Below, piece after piece: positions 17,221 to 23,464 of a DNA stretch of 24,469 nucleotides. The notes beneath the pieces were generated by a model. That model saw only the letters and a list, made by a program, of their open reading frames with translations. It had not been told where the DNA came from and searched no databases. Source of the DNA: a virus (Duplodnaviria; Caudoviricetes). The stretch spans positions 1-24,469 of IMG/VR virus record IMGVR_UViG_3300029318_000096, one strand, 5' to 3'. The translations under genes and the position numbers were made by a program. Position 1 is the stretch's first letter, and every line of letters starts with the position of its first letter.

Positions 17221-17377
17221 AGAAGTAGCAGTCATAAAAAAAGATATTGAGATTATCAAAACAAATCATTTGGTGCATCTTGATCAAAAATTACGATCTG
17301 TAGAAAAAGTATTATGGACTGTTGGCATCTTAGTATTTTCAAACTTAATTATACTTCTTAGAGATATTATTCTTTGA
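17183..17377 (+). CDS. Small coiled-coil + C-terminal TM protein (XhlA-like, possible holin)
   Basis: Coiled coil followed by 'VLWTVGILVFSNLIILL'. Confidence 0.5.
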   Translation: MATQAEKINKLDKEVAVIKKDIEIIKTNHLVHLDQKLRSVEKVLWTVGILVFSNLIILLRDIIL

Positions 17378-17565
17378 AGATAGCCAGTATATTCCTTTTG
17401 GGATATATGTGCATATCAGGAGAGTGCATTTCCATCAACGAAAAACACAAATCAGTTCAAGATTGTAAATTAAACGGAACTTATTTAAAGTTAATGCTAG
17501 ATGAGCAAAATATTCGTAAATATTTTTTTGTTTGTATAGATGCAACAGAATACAAAGAAACATAG
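17374..17565 (+). CDS. Small Cys-containing hypothetical protein
   Basis: TTG start overlapping the previous TGA; hydrophobic N-terminus, four Cys. Confidence 0.5.
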   Translation: MKIASIFLLGYMCISGECISINEKHKSVQDCKLNGTYLKLMLDEQNIRKYFFVCIDATEYKET

Positions 17566-18259
17566 GAAGATCCTTGTCATTGGCGATACACATTTCCCCT
17601 ATTCGCATCCTGAAGTTATAGAGTTCCTCAAAAAGCTAAATAAGAATTACAAGCCTGACACAATCATTCATATTGGAGATGAAGCAGATTATCATTCTCA
17701 AAATTTTCATGGTGTAGATCCTGACTTGCCAAGTGCCTTTGATGAATTAGAAGTCACCAAATCTTGGATCAAAAGATTAGAAAAAATATTCCCTAAAATG
17801 ACATTATTGGAAAGCAATCATGGCAGCTTAGTATTACGCAGAGCCATAGCCAGTAAGATGTCAAGGCAGTTCATAAGACCATATAATGAGATATTAGAGG
17901 TCAATAAAAACTGGGTATGGAAAGATAAGCACATTATAAAAACAGATAAGAATACAATTTGTTTTGCTCATCAGTTTTGCAAGGATATTGCAAAGGCGGT
18001 CAGAGATACCAGTATGTGCTGCGTACAAGGGCATTTCCACACAGTATCAGAGGTCAAATTTGTAGCTAATGATTACTCACTAAACTGGGGGATATCAACT
18101 GGGTGCTTAGTCAATAAAGATAGTTTGGCTATGGCTTATATGAAAGTTAATGTTTCAAAGCCAATATTAAGTTGTGCTACAATAACTGATGGTGTTCCAT
18201 TTATAACACCAATGGTTTTGAAAAATAACGGATCATGGGATAGGAATATATATTTATGA
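17540..18259 (+). CDS. Calcineurin-like metallophosphoesterase
   Basis: Motifs GDTH, GDEAD, SNH, FAH, GHFH in the canonical order. Confidence 0.88.
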   Translation: MQQNTKKHRKILVIGDTHFPYSHPEVIEFLKKLNKNYKPDTIIHIGDEADYHSQNFHGVDPDLPSAFDELEVTKSWIKRLEKIFPKMTLLESNHGSLVLRRAIASKMSRQFIRPYNEILEVNKNWVWKDKHIIKTDKNTICFAHQFCKDIAKAVRDTSMCCVQGHFHTVSEVKFVANDYSLNWGISTGCLVNKDSLAMAYMKVNVSKPILSCATITDGVPFITPMVLKNNGSWDRNIYL

Positions 18260-18450
18260 AAGACAAGATAAATCCAAAGTATTATAGGAGAGGCATAGAA
18301 GTAGCTGATTTTATAGAAGAATATGATCTCAATTATTTTGAGGGAAATGTGGTTAAATATGTGGTAAGACATAAAGATAAAAATGGCTTAGAAGATTTAC
18401 AAAAAGCCAAATGGTATTTAGAGAGGTTAATAAAGAAATATGGACATTAG
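18256..18450 (+). CDS. DUF3310 family protein
   Basis: 'INPKYY...IEVADFI...GNVVKYV.R...KNGLEDLQKAKWYL' signature. Confidence 0.85.
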   Translation: MKDKINPKYYRRGIEVADFIEEYDLNYFEGNVVKYVVRHKDKNGLEDLQKAKWYLERLIKKYGH

Positions 18451-18880
18451 TAGATTAAGAGAAAGTATTATAGCCCATGAAGGTATTAGATATAAAGCCT
18501 ATGCAGATCCGATCTTAGGAGAAACTGCTATGACTACAGGGGTTGGTCATCTAATTAGATTACCTCAGGAAGAAGAACTCTTAGAGAAAGAACTGACAAT
18601 GGATGAGGTTATGGAAATACTTGATGGTGATATTGAAGTAGCCCTAAAAGATGCAAGAAGATTTATTGATGAAGATAGCATCCCTGAGGAAGCATTTGAG
18701 ATAGTTGTAGAACTTTCATTCCAGTTAGGCTATCCAAGATTATCAGGCTTTAAAAAATTCCAAGCTGCTCTAAAAGAGAATAATTTTTTATTAGCAAAAT
18801 CTGAGATGCTTGATAGCAAATGGGCTAGACAAGTTCCTGCAAGAGCAAAAAATTTATCAGATAAGATGGGTGAAATATAA
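18440..18880 (+). CDS. Endolysin, T4-type lysozyme (GH24)
   Basis: 'HEG.R.KAY.D.....TTGVGH' catalytic region and 'EMLDSKWARQVP.RA'. Confidence 0.88.
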   Translation: MDISRLRESIIAHEGIRYKAYADPILGETAMTTGVGHLIRLPQEEELLEKELTMDEVMEILDGDIEVALKDARRFIDEDSIPEEAFEIVVELSFQLGYPRLSGFKKFQAALKENNFLLAKSEMLDSKWARQVPARAKNLSDKMGEI

Positions 18881-19263
18881 TGTGGGGAATGATTTTAAAA
18901 CCACTTATGGGTGTAGCTATTGATGGTGTCAAAGGTTTTGTTGAAACTAAGAAATTAAAAAAAGAACAAAAACTAGCCCAGATAAAAGCAGAAACTTCTG
19001 TATTAGAAAAACAAATCAAAGGTGAGATGGACTGGGATATAGAAGGAATTAAAAATACAAAAGGATCTTGGAAAGATGAATACTTAACAATTTTATTTTC
19101 TATTCCATTATTATTATGTTTTTTACCTTTTACAGTTGATTATGTTGAAAGAGGATTTGAAGCATTAAGTAAAACACCTGACTGGTATAAATATACTTTA
19201 GGGGTGATTGTATCAGCAAGTTTTGGTATAAAAGGTGCTACCAAATTTTTTGGTAAAAAATAA
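18880..19263 (+). CDS. Putative holin (GTA 3TM-holin-like)
   Basis: 'SWKDEY' followed by two hydrophobic segments and 'SFGIKG..K'; adjacent to the endolysin. Confidence 0.6.
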   Translation: MWGMILKPLMGVAIDGVKGFVETKKLKKEQKLAQIKAETSVLEKQIKGEMDWDIEGIKNTKGSWKDEYLTILFSIPLLLCFLPFTVDYVERGFEALSKTPDWYKYTLGVIVSASFGIKGATKFFGKK

Positions 19264-19274
19264 GGGGATAGCAA

Positions 19275-19388
19275 ATGATAGATATGATTAAAGATTGGTT
19301 TGAGGGATTTACACAACTCAAACTATGGGTAAGAATATCAATGGTAGTGATCTTAGTAGTATTACTACATCATTGGGTATTGCACTAA
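19275..19388 (+). CDS. 37-aa membrane peptide (not in ORF track)
   Basis: SD AAGGGG, ATG 19275; MIDMIKDWFEGFTQLKLWVRISMVVILVVLLHHWVLH; amphipathic helix plus TM. Confidence 0.6.
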   Translation: MIDMIKDWFEGFTQLKLWVRISMVVILVVLLHHWVLH

Positions 19389-19532
19389 GTGATAACATCT
19401 ACCTCATCATTATCAGTTTTAATTAAACCAAGAATAATTGGTAGTAAGGGTAGAACATTTAAAAAGCTAACTTTTGGTAAGTATAAAAGAAAAATGCCTA
19501 AGTTAAGAATTAGAGCCAAGAGGATATTCTAA
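19389..19532 (+). CDS. 47-aa highly basic peptide (not in ORF track)
   Basis: GTG immediately after the previous TAA; MITSTSSLSVLIKPRIIGSKGRTFKKLTFGKYKRKMPKLRIRAKRIF; ends inside the terminator loop; no clear SD. Confidence 0.45.
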   Translation: MITSTSSLSVLIKPRIIGSKGRTFKKLTFGKYKRKMPKLRIRAKRIF

Positions 19533-19552
19533 AAATACCCTCTTGGTTTTTT
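19516..19552 (+). terminator. Intrinsic terminator ending the late operon
   Basis: CCAAGAGG (19516-19523) / CCTCTTGG (19539-19546), followed by TTTTTT. Confidence 0.75.
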
Positions 19553-19590
19553 GCGGAGTATATACAATGTTAATACATCTTTAAGTATTA

Positions 19591-19878
19591 ATGAAATATT
19601 CTAAAAATACAATACTCTACATAGAATTTGACGATCATGTCAGCACCTCACCATCTTGGGAAACCTTAGAAGAATTTAAAAAGAACAAAGTAGGCAAATG
19701 TATTGCAGTTGGCTTCTATGTTATGTCAGATGAAAAAGCGATCTATATTAGCACCATGAACTCCGAAGATGAACTGGGATCAGGTCATGTAATTCTTCAC
19801 AGTTGTATTACCCATATATCAGAGCTAAAAATACCCAAAAAACCTGTTTTAAAGCCCATACAAGCACCATCTAAATAA
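19591..19878 (+). CDS. Stand-alone hypothetical protein, possible Sm/Hfq-like beta-barrel
   Basis: 95 aa; pattern 'LYIEFDD...W...C.AVGF.V..DEKAIYI...G..HVI..SCI..I'; no obvious SD (possibly leaderless). Confidence 0.6.
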   Translation: MKYSKNTILYIEFDDHVSTSPSWETLEEFKKNKVGKCIAVGFYVMSDEKAIYISTMNSEDELGSGHVILHSCITHISELKIPKKPVLKPIQAPSK

Positions 19879-19911
19879 AAAAGGGCAACTAGCTGATCAA
19901 ACTAGCTGCCC
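19877..19911 (-). terminator. Minus-strand intrinsic terminator
   Basis: Minus-strand RNA GGGCAGCUAG-UU-UGAUC-AG-CUAGUUGCCC-UUUUUU. Two G-U pairs form only on this strand (A-C mismatches on +), and the U tract is only on this strand. Confidence 0.75.
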
Positions 19912-19951
19912 ACAGGAGGAACTTATTTAACTAAAGCTGAAAAATAAGACT
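19877..19951 (-). ncRNA. Candidate anti-Shine-Dalgarno small RNA
   Basis: On the minus strand: 5' hairpin (7-bp stem 19922-19928/19942-19948), single-stranded UUCCUCCUGU (19921-19912), terminator stem (19911-19883) and U6. The 5' end is estimated from a putative promoter. Confidence 0.55.
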
Positions 19952-19957
19952 AATTCC

Positions 19958-19986
19958 TAAATATACGAAAAAGCCTTTAAAAACAA
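19958..19986 (-). promoter_or_regulatory. Putative promoter for the minus-strand sRNA
   Basis: TTGTTT (19986-19981), 17-nt spacer, TATTTA (19963-19958); an overlapping TATATT lies at 15-nt spacing. Weak match in AT-rich DNA. Confidence 0.35.
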
Positions 19987-20022
19987 TGCTAACAAATATA
20001 TTAATTATTTATAATTGAGTTG

Positions 20023-20052
20023 TTGACAAATTATAAAAAAAAATGGTAAAAC
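20023..20052 (+). promoter_or_regulatory. Sigma70-type early promoter
   Basis: Perfect TTGACA (20023-20028), 18-nt spacer ending TGG, TAAAAC (20047-20052); upstream AT tract; heads the early operon. Confidence 0.65.
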
Positions 20053-20083
20053 TATATCAATGAAAAATACAGGAGAAACAAAA

Positions 20084-20563
20084 ATGAAAGTTCAATTATC
20101 AATGCCAAGACTTACAAGAGATGATAGGTTTGAAAAACTTATCTTAGAGGCTACACAATTTTTTGCTAAAGAATTGATGTCAGTCAGAATGATGAACACA
20201 ATCAAGATTAAGATTGATGTTAGAAAAACAACCTTAGACAAAAACACTTATGGTCAAGTAGCTAGCAAGTGCATGGGTTCAGTAAGACAAAAAGAGTTTA
20301 GAATTACTTTGCAGTATAACAGAATGGATAGTGATATCTTAACAACTCTTGCACACGAAATGATCCATGTTGAGCAGATTGTTTCTGGTCGTTTACAATA
20401 CAGATATTGGAAATCTGATCATCAGCTTCATGCTCGTTGGGAAGGTAAAGAGTTAGGTGTTAAATCACATATTCCTTATGAGGAACAGCCTTGGGAGATT
20501 GAAGCATTTAATAATCAATATGCTTTATTCAAAAAATATTATTTTCATGGGAGAACAGTATAA
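20084..20563 (+). CDS. Putative zinc metallopeptidase (HEXXH)
   Basis: 'TLAHEMIHVEQ' plus downstream 'PWEIEAF'; ATG 20084 follows SD AGGAG (ATG 20060 is an alternative, possibly leaderless start). Confidence 0.72.
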   Translation: MKVQLSMPRLTRDDRFEKLILEATQFFAKELMSVRMMNTIKIKIDVRKTTLDKNTYGQVASKCMGSVRQKEFRITLQYNRMDSDILTTLAHEMIHVEQIVSGRLQYRYWKSDHQLHARWEGKELGVKSHIPYEEQPWEIEAFNNQYALFKKYYFHGRTV

Positions 20564-20805
20564 TGGCAAGAAATTTTAAAGTAGGTGATATAGTCACACA
20601 CCAAATTATTGGCAATACCAATCCAATGCAAAGAAATAAGTCTTATGCAATTATTACAAAAATTGAAAACGGATATATTTTTTATCAATATACAACTGGA
20701 GCAGAAAGTTCAGAGTCTCTTTCATTTGCTAAGAATGGTGCTTTGTCTAAATCAAGAAATCAAGAAAAGCTAAAAAATAAATTTTATAAAAAGGAGAACA
20801 ACTAA
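20563..20805 (+). CDS. Small hypothetical protein (SH3-like 'FKVGDIV' start)
   Basis: Coupled ORF with SD GGGAG. Confidence 0.6.
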   Translation: MARNFKVGDIVTHQIIGNTNPMQRNKSYAIITKIENGYIFYQYTTGAESSESLSFAKNGALSKSRNQEKLKNKFYKKENN

Positions 20806-21296
20806 TGACAATGAAAACAATAGCAAACAAAGTTGTAAAGGTACTGAAAGAAATGGACAAAAGTAGTTTTTACAGAATTAAAAATCTAAGGGATTATGAA
20901 GGTAATACTAAATTTATGATCCAAAGATCAAAAGAAATTTATGATCAATTTAATCCAATGGATAAAGATGTAAATTTTGATTTTGTTAATGACTTTGATG
21001 TTGTTCTTACTTGGAAAAAAACAGGTGAGAAATTAAGCATAGAAGAACACAAAACTTATTTTGATAGCACTGTGTTCACTAAAATTCCTAAAGATCAAAT
21101 AGATTACGAAGATTACATTGTTATCTTTAAAGATAAGCATTGTATTCAAGTATCTGGTGAAGGTTATGGTGGAGGTCATCTCACTTGTTATGATGATGAT
21201 TACACAATGGCAGGTGACTTTGAGGAAAAATTAGGAAAACTTTTACCAACTAAAGAAGTTTATGTTGATGGTGGTAGAGTTGGAGTGTGGGGTTAA
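20805..21296 (+). CDS. Hypothetical protein
   Basis: 163-aa ORF, SD AAGGAG, coupled start. Confidence 0.65.
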   Translation: MTMKTIANKVVKVLKEMDKSSFYRIKNLRDYEGNTKFMIQRSKEIYDQFNPMDKDVNFDFVNDFDVVLTWKKTGEKLSIEEHKTYFDSTVFTKIPKDQIDYEDYIVIFKDKHCIQVSGEGYGGGHLTCYDDDYTMAGDFEEKLGKLLPTKEVYVDGGRVGVWG

Positions 21297-21297
21297 A

Positions 21298-21384
21298 ATG
21301 ATACACGATCTAATCACAGTGCTAGTTCACTTAGGAACATTTGCTTTCATACTTTATTTAATTAAGGAGATATTCAATGACTAA
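21298..21384 (+). CDS. 28-aa single-TM peptide (not in ORF track)
   Basis: MIHDLITVLVHLGTFAFILYLIKEIFND; ATG 2 nt after the previous stop. Confidence 0.55.
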   Translation: MIHDLITVLVHLGTFAFILYLIKEIFND

Positions 21385-21405
21385 GAAAAATGGGAGGGTA
21401 AAATA

Positions 21406-21723
21406 ATGACTTGGACAGTTCACTACGGATATCTCAATCCAAACGATACGATAGACACAACAGTTTTTGTTAAGGAGAATGATCGCAGCTATATTGCAGT
21501 TGCGATCTTCAATGGGAAATCAAGATCAGTTTATAAAAAAGATAAAGACAAACTTTTTAATAGATTATCTGATCCTAAAATCTTAACAAAGAATTGGGTT
21601 AATAACTTTGTTAATCCAAATTCAAAGGCTCTTGCAGGTTTTATGCAAAGAGTGTTTGAACAAAACAACCACACTAGAGAAATAAAAGAGTTCTTAGAAG
21701 GGAGAACATTTAATGACAACTAA
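21406..21723 (+). CDS. Hypothetical protein
   Basis: SD GGGAGG; 105-aa ORF. Confidence 0.65.
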   Translation: MTWTVHYGYLNPNDTIDTTVFVKENDRSYIAVAIFNGKSRSVYKKDKDKLFNRLSDPKILTKNWVNNFVNPNSKALAGFMQRVFEQNNHTREIKEFLEGRTFNDN

Positions 21724-21898
21724 ACTAGAAGTAATCTATGGCAAGAAGCCAAAGAAAGACGAGTTTATCACAAAAGCTATTCCAATATCGCTATGTGATA
21801 AAATTGACAAAATAACTGAGGGATATGATGCACCTTTTTATGTAAAGCTGACTGCATTTATAACTCATTATGAAAAAACTAAAGACGCAAAGTATTAA
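21713..21898 (+). CDS. Small protein, possibly ribbon-helix-helix DNA-binding
   Basis: SD GGGAG; strand-helix-helix-like 'FITKAIPISLCDKIDKI...KLTAFITHY'. The fold is a guess. Confidence 0.5.
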   Translation: MTTKLEVIYGKKPKKDEFITKAIPISLCDKIDKITEGYDAPFYVKLTAFITHYEKTKDAKY

Positions 21899-21916
21899 CC
21901 AAAGGAGGAACTTAAT

Positions 21917-22054
21917 ATGCAAGAAATAGAAAAATCAGTATGTGATGTTTGTAAAGGCAATCACTATTTCATTGATGAAGATGGAAATGTCAATCAATGC
22001 CCTGAGTGCGTAAATCAGGGCTATGTTGATGAAGGAGAACTACCAGATGAATAA
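21917..22054 (+). CDS. 45-aa zinc-ribbon protein (not in ORF track)
   Basis: Strong SD AAGGAGG; MQEIEKSVCDVCKGNHYFIDEDGNVNQCPECVNQGYVDEGELPDE (CxxCxG...CxxC). Confidence 0.75.
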   Translation: MQEIEKSVCDVCKGNHYFIDEDGNVNQCPECVNQGYVDEGELPDE

Positions 22055-22244
22055 TGAAACTAAACCATTCATGCACATTTTAAACAAGTGCTTTGAAAGA
22101 GAGGGAGAATTTGAAATCCCATTAGTTAAACGACAGGAGGAAGATAATGAAAGTAATACTACTATTACTACTTACCGCTTTCCTAAGTTCATGCTCATCA
22201 AAAATAATACACGATCCGAGAGGGAACAAGGGAGAAGAAGTTAG
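22047..22244 (+). CDS. Hypothetical protein
   Basis: ATG 22047 after AAGGAG; the 3' half overlaps the lipoprotein gene by about 100 nt. Confidence 0.45.
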   Translation: MNNETKPFMHILNKCFEREGEFEIPLVKRQEEDNESNTTITTYRFPKFMLIKNNTRSEREQGRRS

Positions 22245-22440
22245 TATGCGATATTTAGACGATAAATATAGCTGCGAACAATTAGCCAGAGAAAATACAA
22301 GTAATATTGTTGAAGGCTATAAAGTCATTCATAACTGGTATATTAGACCATCTTTTCTTTTCTTAATTGATAAGATGGAATATAGTTATGATAATTTAGT
22401 AAAGGAATGTTTACGAGGTCGTGGACATTCCATACTTTAG
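22147..22440 (+). CDS. Lipoprotein
   Basis: 'MKVILLLLLTAFLSS-C' lipobox; two further Cys; SD AGGAGG. Confidence 0.75.
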   Translation: MKVILLLLLTAFLSSCSSKIIHDPRGNKGEEVSMRYLDDKYSCEQLARENTSNIVEGYKVIHNWYIRPSFLFLIDKMEYSYDNLVKECLRGRGHSIL

Positions 22441-22453
22441 GGAAGGAACTAAA

Positions 22454-22903
22454 ATGGAAAATAAAACCGACAAGCTGCTTGAAGCACTTGAAGCAGCAAA
22501 GAAAGAGTTTAAGCCATTAGCAAAAAATGGAAAAAACAATTTCTTTAAAACTCAAAACGGAGTGCATGAATATAGTACATTAGTTGATATTAAAAATGCT
22601 ACCGAAGAAGCATTAAATGCTCATGGCTTATCTTTGTACTATACGATCACATTTGAAAACGATCTACATTTCCTGACTACTAACTTAGTACACACAGGAA
22701 CAGGTCAATTCATTCAATCCAAATCAGTAATAGGTGGTGCAACAAACACACCGCAGCAGAACGGATCAGGGATAACCTATTACCGCAGGTATCACATCCA
22801 AGCTATGCTGAACTTAGAAGCTGACTTTGATGATGATGGAAACAAAGCATCAAATGTAGAAAAGAAAGAAGAAAAAAAACAACCAATTAAAGGAGGCTTA
22901 TAA
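22454..22903 (+). CDS. ERF-family single-strand annealing recombinase
   Basis: 'PQQNGSGITYYRRY....L.L....DDDG' signature; ATG 22454 after AAGGA. Confidence 0.88.
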   Translation: MENKTDKLLEALEAAKKEFKPLAKNGKNNFFKTQNGVHEYSTLVDIKNATEEALNAHGLSLYYTITFENDLHFLTTNLVHTGTGQFIQSKSVIGGATNTPQQNGSGITYYRRYHIQAMLNLEADFDDDGNKASNVEKKEEKKQPIKGGL

Positions 22904-23145
22904 TGGCACAATATATAACTTTGTTTTTTAACGATAAGAAAGAAGATGGGGATGCTCTACCACTTTATCAAAATGGTAAAGTACAATTTGAAGAAACTAT
23001 GACTTTAGAAAAAGGAAAGTTTTATCAAGTTGCCTTATGGAAAAAAACCAAAAATAAAAATGGTGAAGAAATCAATGCTCTATCAATTAAGATTGATGAA
23101 AGTGACTACTGGAACGCAAAGAGCAAAGAGGAAGTGCCATTTTAA
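22903..23145 (+). CDS. Small SSB-like protein
   Basis: 'P.Y..G......Y.VALW' OB-like core and acidic C-terminal 'EEVPF'; follows ERF. Confidence 0.65.
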   Translation: MAQYITLFFNDKKEDGDALPLYQNGKVQFEETMTLEKGKFYQVALWKKTKNKNGEEINALSIKIDESDYWNAKSKEEVPF

Positions 23146-23151
23146 ATTAAC

Positions 23152-23177
23152 TGGGGATGGGTTTAGGCTCATCCCCA
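23152..23177 (+). other. GC-rich hairpin without U tract
   Basis: TGGGGATG (23152-23159) / CATCCCCA (23170-23177), extendable by G-U pairs on +. Confidence 0.6.
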
Positions 23178-23194
23178 ACACACAGGAGAAACTA

Positions 23195-23455
23195 ATGAGA
23201 AAGATACACGAATATAAGATCAAATCTTTATACAAAGGATTTGCACCAGTTAGAGATAAAGTAATCAATGACTGTAAGATCAGAAACCAAGATATAGCTA
23301 TTTTGGTTTATAACAAAAAAATGATACTGCCTATTGAGAGTTTTGAAAACTTCTCTTACTCAGTACCAGTGAAAGATAAATTTACTTCTGACATTCATCA
23401 GCTTTTGTATTTTGAATTTAAGGAAGAAAACAAACAACAAACTAATTTATTCTAA
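23195..23455 (+). CDS. Hypothetical protein (86 aa)
   Basis: ATG 23195 after AGGAG; the track's TTG 23030 would overlap SSB and the hairpin. Confidence 0.6.
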   Translation: MRKIHEYKIKSLYKGFAPVRDKVINDCKIRNQDIAILVYNKKMILPIESFENFSYSVPVKDKFTSDIHQLLYFEFKEENKQQTNLF

Positions 23456-23464
23456 GGAGGAACT

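Noticed and set aside
19883-19911. + strand terminator for ORF 19591-19878
   Set aside because: On + the stem has A-C mismatches and no downstream U tract; the polarity fits the minus strand.
19911-19930. + strand gene starting at the RBS-like ACAGGAGGAAC
   Set aside because: No ATG/GTG/TTG at usable spacing and stop codons follow quickly; better explained as minus-strand RNA, though a relic RBS is not excluded.
2256-23268. All minus-strand ORFs in the track (e.g. 2256-2579, 3551-3868, 5069-5350, 15914-16210)
   Set aside because: They lie antisense to well-supported, tightly coupled + strand genes and have Ser/Leu/Phe-rich shadow composition with no recognisable motifs.
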